Shown one piece after another: positions 42,273-53,011 of a stretch of DNA of 64,000 bases. The position numbers and the translations under genes are program-made. The DNA is from a bacterium (GTDB taxonomy: Bacteria > SAR324 > NAC60-12), in contig CBDBHR010000026.1 in the NCBI GenBank assembly GCA_965205865.1, forward strand, positions 1 to 64,000, read 5' to 3'. The notes beneath the pieces are model-generated. The model did not search any database. It had not been told where the DNA came from and worked only from the letters and a program-made list of their open reading frames with translations. Numbering within the stretch: position 1 is the first letter of the stretch; every line of letters begins with the position of its first letter.

Positions 42273-45200
42273 TTATCCGGAAAAGAGATCGGGTGGCAGA
42301 TCCCGGGTGGAGATCGTCTCCCCGGCTCCCTGGTGGTAGGTCCTGGTGAAGATCGTTTCCGAGAGCCATTTACGGAATGAAGAATTGTCGCTGAACTGCT
42401 TGAAGAGTTCGGTATGGTCGGAAAGCAGGTCGATCACGGCTCGTTCGAGCGCATTGTCGTGTTCGATGCGCGCATTCTGTTTATCGGAGTTTCTCATGGC
42501 ATTCCGATAGGACTGGTCGGCAGCGACCTTCACCGGCAGTTCTTCAACGATTATCTTGCCAATCTTGTCGGTATCCTTCCACTCGATGTTGCCGAACATT
42601 TCATTGAAAGTCTCGAGAATCTTGCTCAGGTGGTCGAGCTCCGAATCCGGCTTCCGGCCACCCTCACTGGTCGGCACCGGATCAATCTCCGCATCCGTAT
42701 CGGGTAGCGCGATTGCCATTGTGGCCTGCACCTCGGCCCGGTAGCTGTCCATGTCGATTGCCTCGAGAATGCCTTTGGAAAGGTCCTGCTCTTCCGGTGC
42801 GGGCAACTTGGGCGTCAGGAAGGTCAAGAAGATGGAACGTTTTTCCCATCCCGCATTTGTATATGGCAGGATCGAGGCGAGGAATCCATAAGTCCGCGTA
42901 AACGCCTTTGCTTTGCCCTTGAAATCGACTTGACCGTCCTCGTCGAGATCGGATTTGTAAATCGCGACACAGACGTCCAGGATCGGGTCGAGTTGATCAC
43001 GGTCAGCCCCTTGCGCGTAAAGCGCGACCAAGGTTTCCACCTGCTCCTGGTTGTAGACCTGATAGCCATCGAGGTCGGTCTGCAGATCGTGCAGCTTGTT
43101 CGGGTCCGTCTCTTCGCTGAGGATTGTGGTCCGATAATAGGGCTCGAACGATTCACTTATGCCCTCCACGTCGTTCATGAAATCCAGCACGAAGCTGTCA
43201 TACTTTTGTGGATGCGCACGATTCAATCGGGAAAGCGTTTGCACCGCTTTGACCCCCGACAGCATTTTGTCCACGTACATCGTGTGCAGGAGGGGTTCGT
43301 CGTAACCGGTCTGGAATTTTTCGGCGACGATCAGGAATCGGTACGGCTCCTCCCTGATCAACTCTGCGATGCGGCTGCCGGGAAACCCGTTCAGGGAGGC
43401 TTCGGTCACCTTCCGGCCGGCATAGTCGTAATCCCCCGAGAATGCCACGATGGCCCGGTAAGCGCTCTTACGCTCCTTTAGATAGTCCTGGAAGGTATGA
43501 AAGTACCGGATCGCCCGCTCAATACCACCAGTCACTACCATGGCCCGCGCCCGACCGCGAATCTTACGGTGCGCAATGACCTGATCATGGAAATGATCGA
43601 TCATGATTTCCGTTTTCTGGCGGATGGCGTGCTCGTGGGACTCGACGTATCGCCGGAGCTTCTTCCTGGCTCGCTTGCTGTCGAACTGCGGATCTTCAGC
43701 CACCGTTTTCATCAGTTGGTAGTAGCTCTCGACGGGCGTATAATGCTGGAGCACGTCCAGGATGAAGCCTTCCTCGATCGCTTGCTTCATCGTGTAACCG
43801 TGAAAGGGGACGTGCCTGACCCGGTCGCCTGCTGACAGGGGACGGCCGAAAATCTCCAGTGTTTTGTTTTTCGGTGTTGCCGTGAAGGCAAAATAGCTGG
43901 CATTCGCCAGCATTTTTCGAGCTTGCATGAGATTGTTGATCCGGTCCTCGAGCGTTTCCTCCTCTTCCTTGCCTGCTCCATCCGATGAGAGCGCCATGTT
44001 CATCTTTGTCGAAGTTTGACCTCCCTGGCTCGAATGGGCTTCATCGATGATGATAGCGAATCTCCGCTGCCGATGCTCGTCGTCGATCTCATCGAGGATG
44101 AAGGGAAACTTCTGCACGGTAGTGATGATGATCTTCTTCCCGTTCTTCAGAAACTGTTTCAGGTCGCCTGAGCGATTGGCATGGCCGACCACCGATGAGA
44201 CCTGGGCGAATTGCTTGATGGTGTCCCGGATCTGTTTATCCAGAACCCGGCGGTCCGTCACCACGATGACCGAATCGAATACCGGCAGACTGGTTTGCTT
44301 CAGTCCGATGAGTTGGTGTGACAACCAGGCAATCGAGTTGCTTTTCCCGGAGCCTGCCGAGTGTTGGATCAGGTAGCGCTCGCCGACGCCTGCAACTTGC
44401 GCGTGGGCCAGCAATTGACGCACGACGTCGAGTTGGTGATAGCGTGGCCAGATTTGCACCCTCTTTTTGTATCCGGTTTTCTCGTCCTTCGTCTCGATAA
44501 TCTGGGCGTAGTTTTGCAGGATGTCACTCAAGCCATCCCGTGTCAGGATGCGTTTCCACAGGTAGTCGCTCTTGAGACCGTTCGGGTTGGGAGGATTGCC
44601 CGTGCCGTTGTTCCAACCCTGATTGAAAGGCAGAAACCACGATGCTTTTCCCTGGAGGTGGGTGCAGAAACGCGCCTCGTGGTCATCCACCGCGAAATGC
44701 GCCACGCAACGACCGAACCCGAAGAGCTTTTCACGCGGGTGGCGATCGCGTTTGTACTGTTGGACGGCATCTTCTACGGTTTGCTTGGTGAGGCTGTTCT
44801 TCAACTCCAAGGTCGCAACCGGCAGACCATTGAGGAAGAGGGCGAGATCAAGCGCCAACTGGGTTTCGTCCAGGCTGTAGCGAAGCTGTCGCGTGACCGA
44901 GAAGCGGTTCAGTTGGTAGAGCGTCCTGGCCTTCTCGTTGCCCTCCGTCGGCGTACCGTAGAAGAGATCGATATGATAAGCGCCGTGCTTGAGACCCTTG
45001 CGCAAGACGTCGATGGTGCCGCGTCTGTTGATTTCTCCTTGCAGTCGCGCCAGGAATTTACGCTGCGCCGGGCCGTCCCGGGCGGGATCAAGCGTTTCGA
45101 AAATCTCGGGTTGCGTCTCCCGTAAAAAGGTAGAGAGCTGAGCCAGATCCACGCAGTACTCGCGGTTGTAGTCGTTCGGGTTGCCCCCGATCCAGCCAGC

Positions 45201-45317
45201 GCCATACATGGCCGCTCGCTCGCTTACCGTACCCTGCTGTGACGGATCACAGGAATGGCCGGTCAGCGCGATGCAGATGAGGTCTTCAAGACCGCGTTCA
45301 GTGGTGTCGGTGGTCAT
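42273..45317 (-). CDS. hsdR: Type I restriction endonuclease subunit R
   Basis: D..LFLNGLP...LELK nuclease, HSAGSGKS, DEAH, FTATP, TGYDEP, QTLSRLNR. Confidence 0.93.
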   Translation of the reverse strand: MTTDTTERGLEDLICIALTGHSCDPSQQGTVSERAAMYGAGWIGGNPNDYNREYCVDLAQLSTFLRETQPEIFETLDPARDGPAQRKFLARLQGEINRRGTIDVLRKGLKHGAYHIDLFYGTPTEGNEKARTLYQLNRFSVTRQLRYSLDETQLALDLALFLNGLPVATLELKNSLTKQTVEDAVQQYKRDRHPREKLFGFGRCVAHFAVDDHEARFCTHLQGKASWFLPFNQGWNNGTGNPPNPNGLKSDYLWKRILTRDGLSDILQNYAQIIETKDEKTGYKKRVQIWPRYHQLDVVRQLLAHAQVAGVGERYLIQHSAGSGKSNSIAWLSHQLIGLKQTSLPVFDSVIVVTDRRVLDKQIRDTIKQFAQVSSVVGHANRSGDLKQFLKNGKKIIITTVQKFPFILDEIDDEHRQRRFAIIIDEAHSSQGGQTSTKMNMALSSDGAGKEEEETLEDRINNLMQARKMLANASYFAFTATPKNKTLEIFGRPLSAGDRVRHVPFHGYTMKQAIEEGFILDVLQHYTPVESYYQLMKTVAEDPQFDSKRARKKLRRYVESHEHAIRQKTEIMIDHFHDQVIAHRKIRGRARAMVVTGGIERAIRYFHTFQDYLKERKSAYRAIVAFSGDYDYAGRKVTEASLNGFPGSRIAELIREEPYRFLIVAEKFQTGYDEPLLHTMYVDKMLSGVKAVQTLSRLNRAHPQKYDSFVLDFMNDVEGISESFEPYYRTTILSEETDPNKLHDLQTDLDGYQVYNQEQVETLVALYAQGADRDQLDPILDVCVAIYKSDLDEDGQVDFKGKAKAFTRTYGFLASILPYTNAGWEKRSIFLTFLTPKLPAPEEQDLSKGILEAIDMDSYRAEVQATMAIALPDTDAEIDPVPTSEGGRKPDSELDHLSKILETFNEMFGNIEWKDTDKIGKIIVEELPVKVAADQSYRNAMRNSDKQNARIEHDNALERAVIDLLSDHTELFKQFSDNSSFRKWLSETIFTRTYHQGAGETISTRDLPPDLFSG

Positions 45318-45836
45318 CAGGGAGGACTCCATTCAAAGCGAACTCCAAAATCGTGAAGCATTTTGAAGGTATTGTCCTATTCAACATTGAACTGCCAGCA
45401 CAAGTTGGGTATTGGCACTCTTCTTTACTTCTGGTTGGAATATTTCCTGAGTCACTACAATTGCGTCGTGAACCATGGCGTAGGCGGCGACCCACCCATC
45501 GGCCACAATGGCAAATTCGTCTTTTGCAGCCTGCAGGAATTGGTCATTGTGCTGGACCCATAACTGCATTTTAGAGAAAGCATCGACGACTTGTTGCTCA
45601 GCAGATGTTAAAAATAATTCTGTTGGCGCCTGACGCACCCAACTGGCTAACTCATCCCCATTCAGTATTTCGTTTCGGACTCGATCAATACTAAGCACTC
45701 GGCCTTGTTGAGAATAGTGTGTCAGGACATCCCAGAAACCCGGACACAGACTCAGAGGATAATAACTGCGATACGCTGCGATGAAAACATTTGTATCTAA
45801 TAAGTATGGTTTAATCAGAGAAATTTGAGACGTCAT
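45317..45836 (-). pseudogene. DUF4411-like PIN-domain protein with 3' frameshift and nonsense codon
   Basis: YLLDTNVFI, CPGFW, ADGWVAAYA; true tail RVPIPNLCWQFNVE*DNTFKML.. lies in another frame ending in TGA that overlaps the hsdR ATG. Confidence 0.75.
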
Positions 45837-47004
45837 AGCTCGATTTCCATCTTCTCCGGCATTGCTTCGAAGGTATCGCCGCGTAAGCCGGTGAGTCCGT
45901 ACGCCTCACGGTATTGTAGACGGCCCTCCCTGACCGCACGAACCACTGCAGCGCCAAAGCGAGGACCAATGCGCCATTTCTGAGTGTTCCAGAAATTTCC
46001 GTTACCCGCATTGCAAAGCTTTTGCTTGCTATGCCCTTCATGTCTTCTGATAGAAATCGAAGAAGGCTTGCTTGTCGATCAACTCGAGATCAAGAGCGCG
46101 ACGCGCGGCCACAAGAGAACTCACTTTGAATTGGAGTGCAATAGACTGATAAGGATTACGGGATTTCCTGGCAGTGGACCAGAAAGAGCGTAATTCATTC
46201 TCAGGAACAAGAAATTCTGCCGTAGCTTGATCACAGAACTGCTCCATGTGATGGGCTGGAGGCTGAAGATTCTCGAGACGCGAAACACCGTCCTTTCCAA
46301 CAAAAATGTGTGCCAACTCCTGCGCCAGTGTGAACATCTGGGCCGCTTTGAAATCGGCGGCATTGACAAAGATGAGTGGAGCATATTCATCTACCAGGGC
46401 GAAGCCTTGAAGTTCTTTAGGATTGAGCTTGCGATGCGTATTGTTTCCTACGATGCCATTGAAGACCACTAGTCCGCCAGCGTCTTCGGCATGTTCTCGC
46501 AGTTTCCAGAGCGCGCTGGTCCAACTGGGTTGATTGGAAAGCCCAATCTCTGGTAAGCTGGAGCGTCTCACCCATGGCCACCGCTACTTGCTTTGCGAAA
46601 AGAGTCCGGTCCATAGACCCCGACGAAACCCATTGGTTCAGTTCCATATTCGATGAGTTCATCTCGCATCCACAACTGACGACGCTGCATGAGATACACA
46701 GTCTCCAGCAGGTCGGGACTCGGATGCGGAGGCAGGTCATCGCTCCAGGTTCGAAAGTCGGTTATCGGCAGGCGGTCCTCGGGCGGCTCTGCAAAATACA
46801 AAAAGCCCAGAGGAGTATGGGTGCGCTGGGCCAGTTTGTCTGACTTGGGCAATGGTGATGCGGCCCGAACATTCCCACTCCGATGCGACTTCCGGCTTTA
46901 TCCGCAACTTGTGAGCCAACTCTTCCTGGTCGATTCCGGCGCGCTCAAGCGCCCATCGCAGAACTTCGGCGTTCCGATCGGATTTTCAGGCGTCGGCCGG
47001 TCAT
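45833..47004 (-). pseudogene. XRE-HTH + ImmA/IrrE metallopeptidase, multiply frameshifted
   Basis: PEVLRWALERAG, PLGFLYF..PP..LPITDFRT, GIVGNNTHRKL, FTLAQELAH (HExxH mutated), FKVS. Confidence 0.85.
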
Positions 47005-47040
47005 AATACATGTCTTCAAAGGTTAGGAAGGATGACGCTT

Positions 47041-47115
47041 TTATTCCTCGTCTGGTAATTCTACTCTTACATCATGGACGTCGAGCTTGCACGTGACCAG
47101 GTCGGCAATGCGTGT
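47041..47115 (-). pseudogene. Relic hsdS 3' end (scar)
   Basis: TRIADLVTCKLDV..ELPDEE* vs functional HsdS TRLIADVVTGQLEV. Confidence 0.75.
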
Positions 47116-47660
47116 GGTATCCGACGTGTTGTGGAATTGATAAACAATGATTTTCCGCAGGATGTTTCGAGTGACACGGGCAGTCGTATCTTCGTCGGCC
47201 AGAGTGAGGAGTTGTGGAGCACGGTGTCCGGCTCCCGTTTCTTGCCAGTCATGAGGAGTAGCGTAATTTTTGTGAGAGAACCGGTAACGTTCATCGGCAA
47301 AAATTAAAGTGAAAGCTGTCTCCCGCAGCATAAACCAACCGGAACGAGTACTGAGTTTCGCCGGTATCGGTATGAATCGTCAGTTCGGCTTCTATCTCAC
47401 GACCTCTTGGCCGGACCATCGTGCAAAAGCATGCTGGCTCCCCCCTGTTGACTCACGTAAAGTTGAAGATTGTCGGTGGGTCCGCCAACATCCAACTCAT
47501 CATACGAAAGAAGGAAACAAAGTTGGACTTACCGGCGCCATTGGGACCGATGAGCACCGGTTAAGGATTTCGATACAGGCTTGAAATCTCCAGTCGGCCC
47601 CGCGCCTTCAATGTTTTAAATCTTGATTGAGGGTTATGCTATCGAGCCCGGGTTTTTCAT
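47116..47660 (-). pseudogene. Decayed N-terminal half of an ABC/SMC-like (COG4637-type) ATPase
   Basis: VLIGPNGAGKSNFVSFF Walker A, QQGGA..LLHDG, YQFHNTS across several frameshifts. Confidence 0.75.
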
Positions 47661-47759
47661 AATTGTCCTTCTCGATGACCCGGTTTCAGATAATCTTGCC
47701 TTTGATGAAACAAAGACTGCTGACTTCGGGCGCGTCCTGATCTTCGAAGACGCCGAGTG

Positions 47760-47822
47760 CAGCTCGTCGGGCAGGTTGGCCGCTGTCTCGCGTACGTCGA
47801 GCTTGCCTGTGACTACATCGGC
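47760..47822 (-). pseudogene. Relic hsdS 3' end (scar)
   Basis: ADVVTGKLDVRETAANLPDEL. Confidence 0.8.
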
Positions 47823-48422
47823 GTTGGCCCGCCCGTCAGGGAGCGGCACGTCCAGCAAATCAAAATATTTAGGGTAATCAAGCATGAGCAGAACATCCTC
47901 GTCGTTCACCTGTTCGACGATGACACCGTCTTGTCTGGTGGGCATACTCTCTTTTTTCCTCATTACTTTCAATCTCTTATGTCTCCAGCTACGGTTTCCA
48001 TTTCGAATCCGCCAGGACTTTGACTTCGTGACCGAAAACACCTTCTACCTTCCAGGTATCAACGCCTTGGAACCGTTCCGGAAACTGCTCGCATCATCCT
48101 CGAAATTCTCGAAAAGAAAGGATATCCGACGGCGCGCGGCTCCCTGTAGTTGACCTTGAATTCGTCCATTCGGTTTCATGCGACAACTTGCGCAGTTCAA
48201 ACCGACGAGATATTCGGTGGAACTGGAGTCCATGTCGTCACCTCTTCAAGCATACTTTGTTGGAATCACCACTTCATTACTCCATGGTTTATACTTTTTT
48301 CAAAGATAAATCGGTAAAGGCGCATAAAAATAAAAGATATAAAACTATAAAAAACAGTTACTTATAAAGTCGATTATACCTGAATTATGCCAAAATTATG
48401 CTTTTTGCTCCTATTAATATTT

Positions 48423-48846
48423 TCAGGCATAATTCGAAATGGGCGATTTCCCCGGATACCAGCGAGCAGCTTTGGTGTTCCCGATTTTTTGGATCTGTCC
48501 ATTCATTCTCAAATCTTGAAGCAATTTCTGAACCTGGACATATGAAAGGGCTGGCTGGACCTGAACGAGTTCCTTCAACTGACTGCCTTCATTCCGATTG
48601 TCTTTAATGTGTTTCAGTAGCAACTCCTTATTCGTCTCGCGGTCCAACCCACGCTTGCGCGTATAGACCCCCGCCTTGCCAAGGTACCGGTAAAACCGCC
48701 GGGAGAGCAGCAGTCGTACGCCCCGCCCCCGTCCTACGCGCTCGATGATTCCCTGTTCCAGCAGATGATTAGCACTCAATCGGAGGTAGTCCGGAACATC
48801 TTGCTCGCGGTGGACGAGATCGACCACCAGTTAGTCGTGATGACCA
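48423..48846 (-). pseudogene. C-terminal wHTH remnant of an ATP-binding (RecG-C/AlbA-HATPase-type) protein
   Basis: LLEQGIIERVGRGRG..LSRRFY...YTRKRGLDRETNKELLLKHI; N-terminal domains missing. Confidence 0.5.
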
Positions 48847-48892
48847 TTTTTAACCGTCGAGACATTGAATCTGTCTGTATCGCTATATTGTA

Positions 48893-49615
48893 TCATGATT
48901 GCGGTTCCCGTCTTACACTAAGTTGTCGATTTATATCAGACGTATTCATGAGTACCGAAATATCGCCAATTCTCCCAATATCAAGAGTAATGGGGTTGCA
49001 ACCCATGGTGCCAGTATCTATAGCGAGACGAAACTCTTTTTGGTATTCATACTCCTTGCGCTTAGTGAATATCGATTCAATTTCTGACTTTGCGGGTGGT
49101 GTGCCGACTTCAGCATCATAATATCTCACCAGCCCGCCACAGATTCCATACCCTCTTTTTTCAGCAGCGACTTTAACTCGCTTCAAAAACTCTCGAGTAT
49201 TTGTAATTACAACTGCATGCCTTCCGAGCTTTATGCAATCATCCGGTATTTCAAGTTGCTTTTTGAATGCGTGGACATTATCATCTGATATGCTTTGGAA
49301 GTCACCACTATGACCCGCATACATACAAAACACATTAATGTGATCAAACCATCTTGGGCGCATGATGATCGGAGCGGCAAACTCGTGCCCCGCCATTGTG
49401 ATTCTGCTAGATTCTCCAGTTTCTATATTTGTGGCTGTCAATTCAACTATTAAGCCATCTTTCTGGAGCATGATCGCACCTTCATCTTCATCTCTACGAC
49501 CGTCACGATCCTCGATTCTCTTAAAGTAGGAAAGCTTGTGTGCGTACAGCTTCCCCCTAACAAAATTGTCAGCGTATCTTGCTTCCTGAAAAACTTTCAC
49601 AAGGAAAATTATCAT
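48893..49615 (-). CDS. Hypothetical cargo protein, DUF2971-like motif pattern
   Basis: GKLY..LSYF, D..EG, NVFCMY, FTKRKEYEYQKEFR; AT-richer than hsdR. Confidence 0.6.
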   Translation of the reverse strand: MIIFLVKVFQEARYADNFVRGKLYAHKLSYFKRIEDRDGRRDEDEGAIMLQKDGLIVELTATNIETGESSRITMAGHEFAAPIIMRPRWFDHINVFCMYAGHSGDFQSISDDNVHAFKKQLEIPDDCIKLGRHAVVITNTREFLKRVKVAAEKRGYGICGGLVRYYDAEVGTPPAKSEIESIFTKRKEYEYQKEFRLAIDTGTMGCNPITLDIGRIGDISVLMNTSDINRQLSVRREPQS

Positions 49616-49749
49616 ACTTCTACTTCTTTTCTATTCGCTCGCAGATTCCTATGCATCGTTTTTCAGTAACCTTTTTTCAATTTGTTTGATCGAAAGTGTG
49701 GCGAGCACCACTCGCTCATCACACCGGTGACTGGCCAACGCATTCCATA

Positions 49750-51006
49750 TCATACGATCGATACGCCGTGCTCAAGCAGGTCATCTGGATTGTCTTCCAC
49801 AACGAGCGAATCGACTTCGGACATCGTTGCTACTTGGCGCACTTCCAGTTGGCCCGTGACCACGTCGGCAATCAAACGGGTGCGATATTCGCCCAGCAAC
49901 TCGATCTGGCGGCGGGCACAGTCGATGGCAGTATCAATGTCGGTAGTTATTTTGTCAAGATACTCTGCAATGGCCGCCTGCTCAGGGAAGGGAGGGACGG
50001 GGGCTAATCTTTGATGAGTATCTTCACGCCCTAGCCCGGGTATAGTTGAATCTTTTGTTACATCATCAAGCCTGAGCCAACCCAAGAGATAGAATAGCCA
50101 TCGCAAGTTATTTCTCGAATATCGCTCATCGACAAAGTATGTGGTGTCGATTGCGAATAAAGGTTCTTCAACAAAATTTACCTTGCCAAATGAACCCTTG
50201 CGGCCAATTACGATACACGGCGACATCGTGTTCGCAGAAGAATGGTTGCCAACAAGTCCATTTGAACCATAAACAGGCACATCGCCATCTGCTCGCATAT
50301 CAGCCGTGAGCGAGTCACCATAAGCAAAGTAGCAAATTGACTTCAGCCGTCGCACTTCCCAATGCGCCGGCACATCACCGAGCCACTCGACGCCGGAGGG
50401 ATTGAGGCGGACGTTGGGGTTGAGACCCCGGGTGACGGAACGGTGAATGAGGACCTGCTTCTGCTCCTCCAGCAGCTTGACCAGCTTCTGCCGGGCACTG
50501 ATGTACCGGCGAATACGCCCGTCAACAAAATCCAAGTAACGAACGATAGCCGCCTGCTCGGGGAGGGGAGGGACAGGGGCTAATCTTTGATGAGTTTCTT
50601 CACGCCCAAGCCCAGGTATAGCTGAATCTTTTGTTACATCATCAAGCCTGAGCCAATCCAAGAGATAGAATAGCCATCGCAAATTATTTCTAGAATATCG
50701 CTCATCGACAAAGTATGTGGTGTCGATTGCGAATAAAGGTTCTTCAACATAATTTACTTTGCCAAATGAACCCTTGCGACCAATTACGATGCACGGCGAC
50801 ATCGTGTTCGCAGAGGAATGGTTGCCAACAAGTCCATTTGAACCATAAACAGGCACATCGCCATCTGCTCGCATGTCAGCCGTGAGCGAGTCTCCATAAG
50901 CAAAGTAGCAAATTGACTTCAGCCGTCGCATCTCCCAATGCACAGGTACATCGCCTAGGATCGATACACCGGAGGGTTTGTAGGAGGGGTAAGTCTTCAA
51001 TTCCAT
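49750..51006 (-). CDS. hsdS: Type I RM specificity subunit with two near-identical TRDs
   Basis: YPSYKPSGV..LGDVP.HWE, PP..EQAAI (x2), LIADVVTG. Confidence 0.93.
   Translation of the reverse strand: MELKTYPSYKPSGVSILGDVPVHWEMRRLKSICYFAYGDSLTADMRADGDVPVYGSNGLVGNHSSANTMSPCIVIGRKGSFGKVNYVEEPLFAIDTTYFVDERYSRNNLRWLFYLLDWLRLDDVTKDSAIPGLGREETHQRLAPVPPLPEQAAIVRYLDFVDGRIRRYISARQKLVKLLEEQKQVLIHRSVTRGLNPNVRLNPSGVEWLGDVPAHWEVRRLKSICYFAYGDSLTADMRADGDVPVYGSNGLVGNHSSANTMSPCIVIGRKGSFGKVNFVEEPLFAIDTTYFVDERYSRNNLRWLFYLLGWLRLDDVTKDSTIPGLGREDTHQRLAPVPPFPEQAAIAEYLDKITTDIDTAIDCARRQIELLGEYRTRLIADVVTGQLEVRQVATMSEVDSLVVEDNPDDLLEHGVSIV
49973..50941. repeat. 393-bp direct repeat within hsdS (49973-50365 and 50549-50941)
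   Basis: Near-identical DNA, offset 576 bp. Confidence 0.95.
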
Positions 51007-51078
51007 AGGCTACTTTTTAGCCCTTTTCAAGTAAGGATGGATGCTGAAGCCAACCTCCGATATATATGGTACTTAACA

Positions 51079-52488
51079 TCAAGATGTGCTTTCAACTTGA
51101 TCAATTTTATCAGGTCCAACCATTACTATGGGTCTTCCGTTAAGCAATGTGACGAATCCACTTTTAAAAATCTCATTGCCGAGATGAATTCCTTCAAGCT
51201 TCCCTTTTTCTTCATTTGTTAGAAAGAGGCATTCCACTTCAGAAAAAAAAGTCATATCTTTCAGAATCAAGGAATTCTGCGACAAACCAAACGCTGTTAC
51301 GGATGTCTTGATATTATAAACAGACCCTTTTAGGTTCCGATTTTCAAACGTGTATGACGGAACTCTGGATGGTTTACTCTGTTCTCCGATGTGCTGAGGA
51401 TTAATCAGGACGTACGGCTCACATTCGTTAATTGTCCCCCCTAAAACGACTCTTTCTCCCTCAAGTCCATAATAGCTTTCCACGTAATGCATATAAAATT
51501 CTGTGGTTATATCGTGCTCGTGTTGGTCAGAGTTAATAACAACCTTTACTCTACTGTGAGGATCATAGCTTTTAGGTATACATACTCGGCGAACTTCCCC
51601 TTCAATAATAGCCGTCGGGTTTCTAGCAGGATTAGTAGTACTGCTCTTTGCACCCTCTGAGTCCGTAATAATTTGGGTTGTAATTTTAAGCTTATACGGA
51701 GAATTCTGGCGAAACGAAGTGAAGGAAAAATCCAAAAGTAAGCGGGAAGCATCTAACAGAGCACCTATATTAATGGAGAGGGCGTCTTTCATCTCAGGGA
51801 TGTATCGCCACTTCTCGTAAGAATCTTTATAGGAATTCAGTAATTCTGTTAACGTTCCGTTAAAACGGCGTTCCGACTTCGACAGAGACGCCCACCGCTG
51901 TTCCAATTTTTGCCTATGTTTTTTCTCCAAGAGTTCGAATAAGACAATTGGATCATGAGTTTGCCAATGCGGACGTTTCACATTCGGGTTTTTTATGAGT
52001 TTGCCAAAAACTTCTAGTACAGCCTTCAAAGACAATTCCAGTGTGAATAGAGCGTGTTGTGTATAAGTCAGGGCCAATCCTATCCCAGCATCAGTAAACC
52101 AAAAATGGGGCTCTTTGTTCTTGAAATCAAACAACTTTCCAAGGTTGAAACCTGATATAGGTGCCAATCTTAGAGCTTCATAATACTTCTGCGCCGTGTC
52201 GTAAAAAGTAGTAATACCTGGTGTCTCAAAAATGACCGATTTTGGGTCCAAACCCAGACTCTTCACAAGTTTCATTTCCTGTTTCTTAAAATCTCTCTGA
52301 TTCCCTTCGTCATCCACAGCAACGATTGCATGAATGTACTTCCCGGAGATTGGGTTAATTGGGATATTTCCGTTATTACACTTCTTAATTTCATCAAAGC
52401 ATGTGGCTGCTTCCTTTAACTTACAATGTACGCCATGGTTAGGGATAGCAGCACATCTATAGAATGGACTAAATACCTCGTATGGCAT
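51079..52488 (-). CDS. HEPN-like domain protein with beta-rich (possibly OB-fold) C-terminal region
   Basis: LELSLKA...THDPIVLF...WRY pattern; AT-rich. Confidence 0.55.
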   Translation of the reverse strand: MPYEVFSPFYRCAAIPNHGVHCKLKEAATCFDEIKKCNNGNIPINPISGKYIHAIVAVDDEGNQRDFKKQEMKLVKSLGLDPKSVIFETPGITTFYDTAQKYYEALRLAPISGFNLGKLFDFKNKEPHFWFTDAGIGLALTYTQHALFTLELSLKAVLEVFGKLIKNPNVKRPHWQTHDPIVLFELLEKKHRQKLEQRWASLSKSERRFNGTLTELLNSYKDSYEKWRYIPEMKDALSINIGALLDASRLLLDFSFTSFRQNSPYKLKITTQIITDSEGAKSSTTNPARNPTAIIEGEVRRVCIPKSYDPHSRVKVVINSDQHEHDITTEFYMHYVESYYGLEGERVVLGGTINECEPYVLINPQHIGEQSKPSRVPSYTFENRNLKGSVYNIKTSVTAFGLSQNSLILKDMTFFSEVECLFLTNEEKGKLEGIHLGNEIFKSGFVTLLNGRPIVMVGPDKIDQVESTS

Positions 52489-52912
52489 TTTCTCATACCT
52501 ATTTTGTATTTTGGTTTACCAGTAATAATCTCAATCAGTAACTATAATGGTTCGTTAGATTTTACTTTTTGATGTCATCTTGACCGCAAGGAAAGATCTA
52601 TAAGATTCCTCACATTCACCCAGAATGACACATTTGTGAATGGGATACAATCTATCGAGCTATCTCAGGTATGGCTGAATGTATATCAAAACCAACGACA
52701 ACTACTGTGTTTTTCATCAGAGATGAGAGATTGTCCGTTGTCGCGGTACCTTGAGAAACAGCCGGTGCCAGCCCCGTATTCTGCGAGATATCTTTTATAT
52801 TTCTTTGGTTTCTATTCGTTATTTGCATCGCTGTGTCTCTATGCTTAGAATTGACGCTGATCATGAACGGCATCACCGACGACTCCCGGTTGAATTTCGA
52901 CTTTCTGACGAC

Positions 52913-53011
52913 TCAATGGTTCGATATTATCTCCCAATGCGCCGACACGTCGTGGAGGCGCTCGACGATGGAGGACTGGTAGGCGGGACAGGGAGCAACA
53001 AATTGAATCAT
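52913..53011 (-). pseudogene. Relic hsdS 5' end (scar)
   Basis: MIQFVAPCPAYQSSIVERLHDVSAHWE vs HsdS YPSYKPSGV(EW)LGDVPAHWE; ATG overlaps the endonuclease stop (ATGA). Confidence 0.75.

Noticed and set aside
49973-50941. hsdS repeats as DGR TR/VR or shufflon
   Set aside because: Differences are not adenine-specific, no reverse transcriptase or invertase is present, and the repeats are direct and within one ORF
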